DNA of 64,000 nt from Myxococcota bacterium (GCA_034005005.1 JAVEVO010000007.1:2125-66124), one strand, 5' to 3'. Counted from the first letter of the stretch, positions 29,261-38,848 are shown. Translations and numbers: made by a program. The notes: a model not told the origin generated them from the letters alone.

Positions 29261-30517
29261 TCAGCCGACGCGGCGCAGCACGGTCACGCAGTTGCTGACC
29301 GCTGAGCCGCCGACGTTGAACGCGACGCCGACGTCGGCCTTGCGGGCGGCCAGGCCGATGGGCTCGCCGACGAGCTGCTTGTAGAGCAGGGCGTGCATGG
29401 ACGCGCCGGTCGCCCCCACCGGGTGGCCCTTGGCCTTGAGGCCGCCCGAGAGGTTGACCGGGCAGCGATCCTCGACGGTGAAGCGCCCCTCCTGGTAGTC
29501 GAAGCCGGCGCGCCCGTCCGCCGAGAGGCCGAGGGCCTCGGTGCTGAGGAGCTGATTGATGGTGAAGCAGTCGTGCAGCTCCACCAGATCCACGTCCGCG
29601 ATGGTGACCCCCGCCTCCGCGAAGGCCTTGCCCACCGCGGCCTTCCCCGCGATCAGCTCGTGCATGTTGGGGCGCACCTCGATGGGCAGCCGCTCCACGG
29701 TGTGCCCCAGGCCGGCGATCTCGACGACCCGCCCCCGGCCCCGCACCTCGTCGCTGGCCGACAGCACGAGCGAGGCCGCGCCGTCGGAGATCAGGGAGCA
29801 GTCGTGCAGCCGCAGGGGGTCGGCGACCATCGGGTTGGAGCCGCGGCCCTCGGCCGGCAGGGCGAGGATCGCCTCGGGCGAGAACAGCCCCATCCGGGCC
29901 GGCGGCCCGTCGGGGCCGAAGTGGGCCAGGGGGTTGGCCGCGCCGTTCTTGTAGGCCAGGGCCGAGACCGCGGCGAGCATCCGCCGCAAGAGCTCCGGAT
30001 CGAAGCCGTAGTGGTCCCGGTAGCCTCGGGCGTAGGCTGCGAACAGCCCCGGGAAGGTCCAGCCCTGGGCGCCCTCCGTGGGCCAGTGGGAGCAGGTGGC
30101 CAGGGCATGGGTCACGCCCTTGGTGTCCAGCAGGGACATCTTCTCGACGCCGACGACGAGCACCTTGCGGAAGCGGCCCGACTCGATCGCGTAGATGGCG
30201 TTGTAGAGGGCCACGGAGGACGAGGCGCAGGCCGCCTCCGTGCGGGTCATGGGCTTGAAGCGGAAGCTGGGATCGATCTCCGCGCCGAGGGGCGCGACGT
30301 GCTCCTGGTTCGCGAACAGGGAGGGCGAGCAGCTCCCGATCCAGACCCCGTCGATCTCCTCCGGATCGATCGCTGCGTCCTTCAGCGCCCCCTGCCCCGC
30401 CTCCACGATCAACTGGTAGAAGGACTTCAGGTCGGTGACGACCCCGGTCTCCTTGTCCTTCTTCACGAACGCGCCGAAGGCGGTGTTGTGTGCCCCGATG
30501 ATGCTGACCTTGCTCAC
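29261..30517 (-). CDS. thiolase-family protein (acetyl-CoA acetyltransferase / SCP-x type)
   Basis: GTG at 30517 after GGAGGGA gives VSKVSIIGAHNTAFG... Thiolase-like catalytic regions: EAACASSS, and NLSGGLKAKGHPVGATG near the C-terminus. Confidence 0.85.
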   Translation of the reverse strand: MSKVSIIGAHNTAFGAFVKKDKETGVVTDLKSFYQLIVEAGQGALKDAAIDPEEIDGVWIGSCSPSLFANQEHVAPLGAEIDPSFRFKPMTRTEAACASSSVALYNAIYAIESGRFRKVLVVGVEKMSLLDTKGVTHALATCSHWPTEGAQGWTFPGLFAAYARGYRDHYGFDPELLRRMLAAVSALAYKNGAANPLAHFGPDGPPARMGLFSPEAILALPAEGRGSNPMVADPLRLHDCSLISDGAASLVLSASDEVRGRGRVVEIAGLGHTVERLPIEVRPNMHELIAGKAAVGKAFAEAGVTIADVDLVELHDCFTINQLLSTEALGLSADGRAGFDYQEGRFTVEDRCPVNLSGGLKAKGHPVGATGASMHALLYKQLVGEPIGLAARKADVGVAFNVGGSAVSNCVTVLRRVG

Positions 30518-30730
30518 GGCTCCCTCCTGGTGTCCAGCTCCTCCCCCCCCTGCCACCCTCGCCCTTGCCCGCTCAGTGGACCAGGGTTCGCCCCGGCTGT
30601 CAACCCCCGGATTGCTGCAGCGCAACAAAAAGGAACCGCCTGCAATCTTTGAATGATCATCCTTCGAACAAGGTGATTTGCTGGTTTGCTACGAGGAGGT
30701 TCACCCCCATCCGGGCCGGGGAAGAAATCG

Positions 30731-30941
30731 GGTGCAGCCGGTCCGAGTGGGCGGCTTCCTTGCCAATCTCCTCCCGTACCCGGCTCGAGCTGCAAAATCT
30801 CTCGCAGAGCCGCAGAGTTCGCAGAGAAAAGTGCTCAGCTGGCTGAGCCCTCTGCGGCTCTGCGGCTCTGCGAGAAAATTCTTTTCGTGCGGGGAGTTGT
30901 GCCAAGGCCTCGCTGCTTGCTCACCGGGATGATCTGCACCC
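30731..30941. mobile_element. 211-bp MITE-like non-autonomous element, copy A
   Basis: 204/211 identical (manual alignment) to 59643-59853. Flanked by a perfect 10-bp direct repeat GAAGAAATCG (30721-30730 and 30942-30951). Ends are GGTGCAG...CTGCACC. Has imperfect ~40-bp subterminal inverted repeats and a central near-perfect 25-bp hairpin (30801-30826 / 30850-30874). Confidence 0.8.
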
Positions 30942-31005
30942 GAAGAAATCGGACCGGGCCGACCCTCTTTACCCGGGCCGGCGCCGCTGCTAGGATTGAC
31001 CCGAC

Positions 31006-32484
31006 ATGACGCGTCGACACCACCCCGGTCCCCCTCCTCGCCCCGCTCCCCGCACCTGGCTGGCCCTGCTCGGCACCCTGCTCGCCTTGTCCGGCTGCTC
31101 CTCCCGGGAGCGACCGCCCGTGCCCCCCGACCTCGCCGCCGGCGAGGACCTCGCGCCAGCCCTCCCCGATGGCAGCCAGCCCGTCCCGGACGCGGGGGGG
31201 CCCACCGACGTCCAGCCCGCCGACCTGCAGCCACCGACGGACTCCGGGGACCCGCGCGACGCGGGGAGGCCGCGGGACCAGGGCCCCGGCCCGGACACCG
31301 CGACGCCCACGGACGGCGGCGGATCGGCCGACGTCGACGGCCCGGCCGCCGACGCGCAGGACGCCCGGCCGCCTGCGGACGGCCCCCCGGACCTGCAGCC
31401 CGATCTCGGTCCTGGGGACCCGCCCCCACCCCTCTGGTTCCTCCACATCTCCGACACCCACGTCGGCGAGAAGCCCGAGATGGGCGAGCTCGTCATCCGC
31501 TTCCTCGAACAGGTGCCCCCGGTGGTCCAGCCCCTCGCCACCCTGCACACGGGCGACCTGGTCGATCTCGGCGGCGAGGCCCGCCAGTGGGAAGAGTACC
31601 GGGCCGTGATCGCGGCGCGCACCCTCCCCTACCCCCAGTACCTGGAGATCCCCGGCAACCACGACGTCAAGGAGGGCGGCACCCCCGGCTACCAGGCCTC
31701 GGCCCGCTCGTTCCTGGCCGGAGCCGGGATGTACGGCGAGACCTGGCTCGACACCCCCCAGGGCCGGGTCCGCATCGTGCGCGCGCACACCGCGGACACC
31801 TCCCTCAACCCGGCCAACGTCCTCGGGTACTTCGGCGAGGAGCAGCAGGCGGCCCTGCTCGCCTTGCCCGTGCCCGATCCCCCGCCGCGGCTCACCCTGC
31901 TGCTCGCCCACCACCCCATGAACGGGCTCGACCGGCTCATGCTCCTCGGCTCGGACCAGCGGATGCAGCAGCTCATCGATCGGGTGAAGCCCCAGGCGTA
32001 CCTCTGCGGCCACCGCCACGTGCCCTACCTGAGCTGGCTGGGCCAGGTCCTGTCCGTCCAGGCCGGCTCCCTCGGGAAGGGCGGGATCGGCTCCCCCAGC
32101 TTCATGCTGCTGGCCTATGACCAAGGCACTATTTCTGCAGATTCCGTCCCCCTGCAGCGGGACGAAGAGCCCGTGGTGAGCTGGCCCCTGCTGCTCATCA
32201 CCCGCCCGGCCGATCCCCTGCTGGGCACCACCAACCCCCTGGCCGAGCCCTTGCGGGCCGGCGAGCAGCGAGAGCTGCGGGCGCTCGCCTTCGCACCGGC
32301 CGGCGTCGACGCGGTGGACTACCGCTGGGACGGCGGAGACTGGGTCGCGCTCGCGCCCGGGACCGCCCCCCTCTGGTCCGCCCCCTTGCCGGTGCCCGCC
32401 GCGGGGGTGCACACCCTCGAGGTGCGGGCGGTCGCGGCCGAGGGCCAGGGCACCCAGACCCGCTTCTTCCAGGTCGCGCCGTAG
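31006..32484 (+). CDS. calcineurin-like metallophosphoesterase lipoprotein
   Basis: ORF track. Lipobox LLALSGC. Phosphoesterase motifs SDTHVG, GDLVDLG, GNHD, HHP, GHRH. Confidence 0.85.
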   Translation: MTRRHHPGPPPRPAPRTWLALLGTLLALSGCSSRERPPVPPDLAAGEDLAPALPDGSQPVPDAGGPTDVQPADLQPPTDSGDPRDAGRPRDQGPGPDTATPTDGGGSADVDGPAADAQDARPPADGPPDLQPDLGPGDPPPPLWFLHISDTHVGEKPEMGELVIRFLEQVPPVVQPLATLHTGDLVDLGGEARQWEEYRAVIAARTLPYPQYLEIPGNHDVKEGGTPGYQASARSFLAGAGMYGETWLDTPQGRVRIVRAHTADTSLNPANVLGYFGEEQQAALLALPVPDPPPRLTLLLAHHPMNGLDRLMLLGSDQRMQQLIDRVKPQAYLCGHRHVPYLSWLGQVLSVQAGSLGKGGIGSPSFMLLAYDQGTISADSVPLQRDEEPVVSWPLLLITRPADPLLGTTNPLAEPLRAGEQRELRALAFAPAGVDAVDYRWDGGDWVALAPGTAPLWSAPLPVPAAGVHTLEVRAVAAEGQGTQTRFFQVAP

Positions 32485-32645
32485 GCCCGCCCCTCCCCCC
32501 CGGCACCGTCTCGCCCGCTCGCCGGACCGAACCGCTCCCCCGGCCCTTGCGGCCGGCTCCACCAGGCTTAGCTTGTCGGGGGGCGTGACCTCCTGCCCGG
32601 GAGCCTCCTTGCGGCGGTCGCGGCGTCACCCCCCCGGAGGAGACG

Positions 32646-32990
32646 ATGGACGAGAAGCGCCCCCAGCCCGCCGAGCTGCCCCCGGCCACCCCCACCGTGC
32701 TCGCCGACGCGGTCGCCTACCTCCCCGGGGCCGTGGTGAGCCGGACTCTGGCCAAGAGCCCGGCGGGGACCTTGACCCTGTTCGCGTTCGACGAAGGACA
32801 GGAGCTGTCGGAGCACTCCGCGCCCTTCGACGCGTACGTCCAGATCCTCGACGGGATCGCCCTGCTGACCATCGGCGGCCAGCTCGTGCGGACCGCGGCC
32901 GGCGAGACCGTGCGCATGCCGGCCAACGTCCCCCACGCGGTGCAGGGCGAGGGCCGCTTCAAGATGCTGCTGGTGATGATCCGCGGCTAA
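32646..32990 (+). CDS. cupin-domain protein
   Basis: ORF track. GGAGGAGACG lies upstream. Small beta-barrel-type sequence with HSAPFDAYVQILDG...VRMPANVPHAV. Confidence 0.75.
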   Translation: MDEKRPQPAELPPATPTVLADAVAYLPGAVVSRTLAKSPAGTLTLFAFDEGQELSEHSAPFDAYVQILDGIALLTIGGQLVRTAAGETVRMPANVPHAVQGEGRFKMLLVMIRG

Positions 32991-33051
32991 TACCCCGGCA
33001 CCGCGAAGACGACCGGTTGGCAGACACAGGGTGGCTGGTGGCGACCGGCGC
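32987..33051. repeat. REP-like intergenic element (truncated copy)
   Basis: CTAATACCCCGGCACCGCGAAGACGACCGGTTGGCAGACACAGGGTGGCTGGTGGCGACCG parallels 22691 onward and the reverse complement of 37950-38010. It fills the gap between convergent genes. Confidence 0.7.
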
Positions 33052-36000
33052 TCAGGCCGGACAGCCCTCGGGCCCCGACGCGGCCGGCTCGCCCCGGGCC
33101 AGGGGCAGCGGACGCACGGCGTCGGCGCGGGAGCCGAGCTGCGCCGCGAAGCCCGTCTGCCGGGCGAGGTCCTCGTCCGTGAGGTAGTGCACGTCGAGCA
33201 GCCCCTCGCTGGCGTGCCCGGTGCGCAGGTAGTTCACCTCGGCGAGGGCCTGGCTCCACCCGGCGAGCCACGCGGCGAGGAGCTCCTGCTGCGCCGGGGT
33301 GTTGCGGACGTGCAGCAGCAGGTTGATGTCACTGCCCGGACCCGCGGTGGCGTTCTTGGTGCTGCCGAAGAGGTACGCCGCGACGACGCCGAAGCGCGCC
33401 GGCTCGAGGCGCGCGGCGAGCTGCTGGACCATGCGCTGACGCCACTGCCAGTGGTCCTCCGTGCTGCTGCGGACGACCGGCGCGGCGCCGAGGGGGCGCG
33501 CCCCGATCACGAAATCCCCGACCTCCGCCTGGCCGAGATAGGCGAGGGCCTCGTCCTGCTCCGCGTTCATGGCCACCCGCAGCACCTGGCCGCCGGCGAC
33601 CTGGGGCACGTCGATGACCCGCACGACGTCGGCCAGGTCCGCGAACTCGGGCGCCAGCGTCGGCAAGATGCTCGGAGAGTCGAGCAAGAACGACTGGTTG
33701 AAGACCACGTCCCCCTCATCGGGGAAGAGCGGGAGGTAGCGGATCGCCGCCTCGACCAGGTCCTGGAAGAAGTGGGTGCCGAAGGAGAGATCGGGCACGT
33801 AGTTCCCCTTCTTCCGGGCGATCTCGATGAGCAGGGCGGTGTTGTTGATGTCGGAGTAGGTCACGTTCACGCCGAGCTTGATGTCGCCGCGACTGCCCCA
33901 GCGGCCGGGGCCCATGAGGATGAACCGCCGCCGGGGGAGGAGCTTGTTGCACCGTCCGACGGCCCGGCCGACCCGCCGCAGGGTGGACAGCCGCTCGAGA
34001 CGGTCGTAGCGCGCGGGATCGACGTAGACGATGTGGGTGATGTCGGGGACCCGGCCGTTGGAGACGTACCGTCGCGCCGAGAAGACCGTCCGCTCGGGGG
34101 GGACGTCGCGGGGGATGGGCGCGGGCGCACAGTCCTCGACGTTGCTCTGGGGCCGGCACTGCAGCAGGAAGAAATCCCGGCCGTCGTGGGCGAACTCGAG
34201 GTCCACCGGCGTCCCGAGCTGGTCCCGCAGCAGCCCGAGGAGGGCCTTGATCTGGGCCATGAAGGGCGTCTTGGCCACCAGACCGTCGAAGGTGACGCAC
34301 ACCGGCTGGGCGGCGAAATCGATCCCCAGCGGCGGCGGCGGCCGCACGACGTCGTCGTCGACCACCGAGAGCAGCCTGTCCACCAGGGGCAGCTCGTCCC
34401 CGTGCTGGCGGAGGAAGTCGGCGAGGGGCACCGTCTCGAAGGTGCCCCGCTCCAGGTCGATCAGATCGATCCGGCGCTGGGAGTAGCGCAGCGCCTCGTC
34501 CGCGGTGACGTTCACCCGCAGCCCCGGCTGCCCCGGGGTGAGCAGCACCGGGAAGTCGTCGCCGACCCGGTCCACGGCCCGGGTCCCCAGGCCGAGGACC
34601 AGGCGCAGCAGGCCGTCCTGACGCTGGATGCGGGGGGACCAGCGGAACTCGTTGTTGCTGAAGGCGACGCCCGCGAAGGCGGGGAGGAAGTACTTGCCGA
34701 CCCGGGTCCCCACCACCTCCTGGATCATGACCCCCATCTCCTCGTAGGTATCGAGCAACCCGCGCTCGGCACGGTACTCGATGGGGTCAGGCCCGAAGAT
34801 CGACGCGTAGACCTCGGCCACCGCGTCCATCAGGGCCTCCAGGCAGGCCTCCTTGCTTCCCTGGTTGGCGAGGAAGAGGCTCTTGTACTTGCCCGAGAAC
34901 GCGGAGCCCTGCCGGTCCTCCAGCAAGCTCGAGGACCGGACGATCAGCGGCCGACCGGCGAAGTCGTCCAGCGCCAGGGAGAACGCGTCCACCATCTCCG
35001 GCGGGAAGCGCGACTCCTTGAAGGCCTGGACGATGTGCGGGTAGCCTTGCCGGATCTGCTCGATCTCCAGGTACTTCCAGTTGTAGACGTCCTCGAGATC
35101 GTTGTGGTGGATGAAACCCAGCAGCGCGTCCGAGGGCAGGTACCAGGTCTTGGGGATCTTGACCGTACCCAGGAGCTGCTGGGTTTCGGGCGACTTGCGG
35201 ACGATGGCGTGGGCGAGCACGAGCCCGCTGCTCTTGCCGCCGAGCTTGCCGCGGCTCTCGGGCAGGAGGATCACCCGCTGCAGCAGCTCGTGGAAATCGT
35301 CCAGCCCGAGGAAATGGCGTGCCGTGCTCATGAACCCGATGTCGTCGGAGAACAGCCGCCGGACCAGGGAGACGCGGATGCTGGACTGCGTGGCCGGGGA
35401 GAGGGAGCTCGCGTCCACGCCCGAGCGCTGGTAACGCTCCACGGAGGCGGCCAGCTCCACCAGGGAGGAGTGCGAGCCCTCGACCACCTCGAGCAGGTAG
35501 TTCAGCTTGTCCTCCTGGATCCACTGCTGCAGCAAGGCGAGGATCTCGTCCTCGGAGAGCTGCAAGGCGGCTTGCCGGAAGATGCGCTCGATGACCGGTC
35601 GCTCGCCGAGGGCCTGCCGCTGGATGGGCTGGTTGGCCTCGAGGACGTCGACCTCGGAGGTGCTGGTGCGCCCGGCGAGCTGCCCGAGCAGATCCCGCGC
35701 CTCGCTGACCCCGAGGCAGAGCAGGTGGTTGGTCATCTTGCGCGAGAGGCGCCGGACCAGCCCGCGATCGGTCCGCTGCAAGAGCTCCAGGATGGCCCAC
35801 CAGGCATGCCGGCGGCCTTCCGGCGGTGGGGTCTGGCTCCGCTGCTCGAGCGCGGCCCGCAGGTCCTGGTGCTGGAGGTACTGCCCGATGCGGTCGGCCA
35901 CCGTGTCGACTAGCTGGCGCTCTTCCTCGATGAAGGGCCCCTCGTCGAAGACCGGGACCGGCTGCGTGTAGCACACCTGGAGCTGGCCGACCTGCTGCTC

Positions 36001-36270
36001 GGCGCTGAACACCCGGCTGGTGAGGCACGCGACGGTCGGGGTCGGGGCCGCGGTGCGGTAGACCGTCCCTTGCACCTCGAGGGTCGCCTGGCAGACCTCG
36101 GGGAACTGCCAGCCGCGGGGCAAGACCTCCACCACGAGCTGCAGCGCCTGCGCGGTGGTCAGGCCCGGGCGGCGCAAGATCTCCTCCACTCGGTGCAGGC
36201 ACCCCAGCTCCTTGGCGCGCTCTTCCAGCTCGTGGAGCACGCCGGCGAAGGTCCGATCCTGCTCACGCAC
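33052..36270 (-). CDS. multidomain protein: N-terminal sensor-like domain, PEP/pyruvate-binding (PPDK_N ATP-grasp) domain, C-terminal nucleotidyltransferase domain
   Basis: ORF track 33052..36420. GTG at 36270 is preceded by GGAGGTGA. Motifs: GKLGGKSSGLVLA, IVRSSSLLEDRQGSAFSGKYKS and, at the C-terminus, AAYLFGSTKNATAGPGSDINLLLHV. Confidence 0.75.
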   Translation of the reverse strand: MREQDRTFAGVLHELEERAKELGCLHRVEEILRRPGLTTAQALQLVVEVLPRGWQFPEVCQATLEVQGTVYRTAAPTPTVACLTSRVFSAEQQVGQLQVCYTQPVPVFDEGPFIEEERQLVDTVADRIGQYLQHQDLRAALEQRSQTPPPEGRRHAWWAILELLQRTDRGLVRRLSRKMTNHLLCLGVSEARDLLGQLAGRTSTSEVDVLEANQPIQRQALGERPVIERIFRQAALQLSEDEILALLQQWIQEDKLNYLLEVVEGSHSSLVELAASVERYQRSGVDASSLSPATQSSIRVSLVRRLFSDDIGFMSTARHFLGLDDFHELLQRVILLPESRGKLGGKSSGLVLAHAIVRKSPETQQLLGTVKIPKTWYLPSDALLGFIHHNDLEDVYNWKYLEIEQIRQGYPHIVQAFKESRFPPEMVDAFSLALDDFAGRPLIVRSSSLLEDRQGSAFSGKYKSLFLANQGSKEACLEALMDAVAEVYASIFGPDPIEYRAERGLLDTYEEMGVMIQEVVGTRVGKYFLPAFAGVAFSNNEFRWSPRIQRQDGLLRLVLGLGTRAVDRVGDDFPVLLTPGQPGLRVNVTADEALRYSQRRIDLIDLERGTFETVPLADFLRQHGDELPLVDRLLSVVDDDVVRPPPPLGIDFAAQPVCVTFDGLVAKTPFMAQIKALLGLLRDQLGTPVDLEFAHDGRDFFLLQCRPQSNVEDCAPAPIPRDVPPERTVFSARRYVSNGRVPDITHIVYVDPARYDRLERLSTLRRVGRAVGRCNKLLPRRRFILMGPGRWGSRGDIKLGVNVTYSDINNTALLIEIARKKGNYVPDLSFGTHFFQDLVEAAIRYLPLFPDEGDVVFNQSFLLDSPSILPTLAPEFADLADVVRVIDVPQVAGGQVLRVAMNAEQDEALAYLGQAEVGDFVIGARPLGAAPVVRSSTEDHWQWRQRMVQQLAARLEPARFGVVAAYLFGSTKNATAGPGSDINLLLHVRNTPAQQELLAAWLAGWSQALAEVNYLRTGHASEGLLDVHYLTDEDLARQTGFAAQLGSRADAVRPLPLARGEPAASGPEGCPA

Positions 36271-36532
36271 GGGCTCACCTCCTCGACCAGCCAGGGGGAA
36301 CGCGGCGGCACCGGGCGAGCGGCGTGCCGTCCGCCCGTGTCGCGGTCGCGCTGGCCGGAACCAGCAGCCGGGCCTCGCGTCGGGAAGACCCCGCCGCCAG
36401 AGGTCCACGGCATCCGGCATCTTGACAGAAACCGATGGGCAGCGGAACTTGGCCCGGCGGGGGAGGAGTCCGCAGGCGACAGCCTCACGCCCGCGCGCGG
36501 TGCGGCGCGTGGCTCAGGCAAGAGGTGAAGGG

Positions 36533-37819
36533 ATGAGCGACAAGGCGTTTTCTCCGTTCGAGATGGCCCAGGCCCAGTTCGATCAGGCAGCCGATTTCCT
36601 CGGGCTCGACAGCGGGACCCGCGAGCTGCTGCGGACTCCCCTGCGGGAGTACAGCTTCGGGATCCCGGTGCGCATGGACGACGGTGCGGTGAAGGTCTTC
36701 CGGGGCTTCCGGGTGCAGCACAACGACGCGCGCGGCCCCTGCAAGGGCGGGATCCGCTTCCATCCCCACGAGACCGCCGACACGGTGCGGGCCCTGGCGA
36801 TGTGGATGACCTGGAAGTGCGCGGTCGTCGACATCCCCCTGGGCGGCGGCAAGGGCGGCGTGATCTGTGACCCCCACCACCTCAGCCAGCACGAGCAGGA
36901 GGGGATCTGCCGGGGCTGGGTGCGCCAGGTCGTCAAGAACGTCGGCCCGACGACCGACGTGCCCGCGCCCGACGTCATGACCAACTCCCAGCACATGCTC
37001 TGGATGCTCGACGAGTTCGAGGCGATCCGCGGGGAGAAGCTGCCCGGCTTCATCACCGGCAAGCCGGTGGGCATGGGCGGCTCCCTCGGACGGACCGAGG
37101 CCACGGGCTACGGCGTGATCTACACCCTGCGGGAGGCCCTGCGGGAGCACGGCGTGAGCGCCGACCAGACCCGCGCCAGCGTCCAGGGCTTCGGCAACGT
37201 CGCCCAGTATGCGATCCGGCTCTACCAGCAGCTCGGCGGCAAGGTGATCTGCGTCTCCTGCTGGGATCAGGCCGACCAGACCGCCTACTCGTTCCGGCGC
37301 GAGACGGGCATCGACATGGACGAGCTGACGGGGATCACCGATCGCTTCGGCGGAATCGACAAGGCCCGGGCCGGCGCGCTGGGCTACGAGGTGCTCCCGG
37401 GCGGCGCCTGGCTCGAGCAGCCGGTGGACATCCTGATCCCGGCCGCCATGGAGAACCAGATCACCGCGCAGACCGTCGGCAAGATCGCGCCCACCGTGCG
37501 CTTCATCGCCGAGGGCGCCAACGGCCCGACCACGCCGGAGGCCGACCGGGTGATCCAGGAGCGGGGGATCTACGTCATCCCCGACTTCCTCGCCAACGCT
37601 GGCGGGGTGACCTGCTCCTACTTCGAGCAGGTCCAGTGCAACACCAACTACTTCTGGGACAAGGCCGAGGTCCTCGAAAAGCTCGATCGCAAGATGACCA
37701 GCGCCTTCCTCGCGGTCAGCGAGCTCGCACGCAAGCGGAAGGTCTACACGCGCGACGCCGCGTACGCGATCTCCGTGAGCCGGGTCGCCCAGGCCTGCAA
37801 GCAGCGCGGCTGGGTCTGA
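36533..37819 (+). CDS. gdhA: Glu/Leu/Phe/Val-family dehydrogenase, most likely glutamate dehydrogenase
   Basis: ATG at 36533 (MSDKAFSPFEMAQAQF...). Motifs CKGGIRFHP and PLGGGKGG, plus a Rossmann GFGNVAQY. Confidence 0.85.
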   Translation: MSDKAFSPFEMAQAQFDQAADFLGLDSGTRELLRTPLREYSFGIPVRMDDGAVKVFRGFRVQHNDARGPCKGGIRFHPHETADTVRALAMWMTWKCAVVDIPLGGGKGGVICDPHHLSQHEQEGICRGWVRQVVKNVGPTTDVPAPDVMTNSQHMLWMLDEFEAIRGEKLPGFITGKPVGMGGSLGRTEATGYGVIYTLREALREHGVSADQTRASVQGFGNVAQYAIRLYQQLGGKVICVSCWDQADQTAYSFRRETGIDMDELTGITDRFGGIDKARAGALGYEVLPGGAWLEQPVDILIPAAMENQITAQTVGKIAPTVRFIAEGANGPTTPEADRVIQERGIYVIPDFLANAGGVTCSYFEQVQCNTNYFWDKAEVLEKLDRKMTSAFLAVSELARKRKVYTRDAAYAISVSRVAQACKQRGWV

Positions 37820-37910
37820 GCACGCGCCGCCCGGCACGGCTCCCTCCCCGGATCGAGGCCTGAGGGCCTCCCCTCCTCCCCTCCCGGCCCTGCCCTCTCC
37901 CCTTCTCCTG

Positions 37911-38010
37911 GCTGATGGCTGCCGGCCGACAGGTCGGCACTCTGCCCTGGACCGGCGCTCAGGACGGTCGCCACCAGCCACCTCTGTCTGCCAACCGGTC
38001 ATCTACGCGG
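37911..38010. repeat. REP-like intergenic element (inverted orientation)
   Basis: The reverse complement reads CCGCGTAGATGACCGGTTGGCAGACAGAGGTGGCTGGTGGCGACCGTCCTGAGCGCCGGTCCAGGGCAGAGTGCCGACCTGTCGGCCGGC. It shares blocks with both other copies. Confidence 0.7.
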
Positions 38011-38106
38011 AGAGGGGGAACCAGACTCCTGCTTCACCGTCGGCGTGGAGGCCGGCAACCGACAGGACCGAGCTGGTGGGGCGACGGTCCGGTACCAAGG
38101 CACCAG

Positions 38107-38140
38107 AAACGAAAATAGCCCGGGCCTTTCGGTCCGGGCT
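38107..38140 (-). terminator. intrinsic terminator of tRNA-Leu
   Basis: Minus strand: AGCCCGGACC-GAAA-GGCCCGGGCT (10-bp stem, one mismatch, GNRA loop) followed by ATTTTCGTTTC. Begins 1 nt after the tRNA CCA end. Confidence 0.75.
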
Positions 38141-38141
38141 C

Positions 38142-38228
<87 letters not shown>

Positions 38229-38235
38229 TCTGAGG

Positions 38236-38267
38236 TATGTATGTAGCTTCTACCGGGAGGGTGTCAA
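38236..38267 (-). promoter_or_regulatory. sigma70-like promoter of tRNA-Leu
   Basis: Minus strand: TTGACA (38267-38262), 16 nt spacer, TACATA (38245-40). The -10 element ends 11 nt upstream of the mature 5' end. Confidence 0.6.
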
Positions 38268-38359
38268 GGAGGAAACACGAGGTCGTCTTCCGGGATCTCG
38301 GCCTGCCCAGGGGCCTGCGGGGCACGACCGCGGGCGCGCGTCCCGCGCGCCGGGAGGGC

Positions 38360-38848
38360 TCAGTACTCCTCGATCTGGCGGAACTCGGCGTTCTCGATCC
38401 AGGTGCTCGGCCGCTGGACGAACTGCAGCAGGTGGCCGAGCAGCTCGTGATGGCGCTGCTCCTCGTCGGCGATCCGCAGCAGCAGCTCCCGGGCCGGGCC
38501 GGCGGGGACCGCCGCGGCCTGCTCCCGGTAGAAGTCCCGGCTCCTGGCCTCCACCTGCTGGGCCTCGCGATAGGCCGCCGCGTGCGGCTCGCCGTAGGCG
38601 AGGCTCGTCGTCCCGGCGTCGCGCATCTCCTGGAAGACGTTCTTCGCGTGGGTCAGCACCGTGGTGGTCGCCATCTCGGGTGCCCCGCTCGCCGCGAGCG
38701 CCTGGAAGATCTGGAAGTGCTTCACCTCGTCGTCCGCGAGCAGGGTGAAGATCCGCTGCAAGCCCGGGTCCGCGGCCTCCCCGGCGAGCTTGCGGTAGTA
38801 CTGCTCCCCATCACGCTCCATGCCCATGCAGAACTCGAAGACGTCCAT
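38360..38848 (-). CDS. ferritin-like / rubrerythrin-family protein
   Basis: ORF track. Two ExxH-type helices (DDEVKHFQIF, ADEEQRHHELL) and ERDGEQYY. Confidence 0.75.
   Translation of the reverse strand: MDVFEFCMGMERDGEQYYRKLAGEAADPGLQRIFTLLADDEVKHFQIFQALAASGAPEMATTTVLTHAKNVFQEMRDAGTTSLAYGEPHAAAYREAQQVEARSRDFYREQAAAVPAGPARELLLRIADEEQRHHELLGHLLQFVQRPSTWIENAEFRQIEEY

Noticed and set aside
30598-30660. Possible promoter/operator upstream of the thiolase gene (TTGACA on the minus strand, 8-bp palindrome ATGATCAT at 30651-30658)
   Set aside because: The -10 candidate is poor, and an isolated 8-bp palindrome in the only AT-richer stretch is not significant without further evidence.
30657-30905. 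82-aa and 94-aa ORFs (MAQLPARKEFSRRAAEPQRAQPA...) found at both MITE copies
   Set aside because: Similarity ends exactly at the element boundaries, and the ORFs run into unrelated flanks. The repeat is better explained as a non-coding hairpin element.
33031-35913. 960-aa plus-strand ORF
   Set aside because: Antisense shadow of the PPDK_N/NTase gene. The translation is dominated by G, R, E, D, L, V with no motifs.
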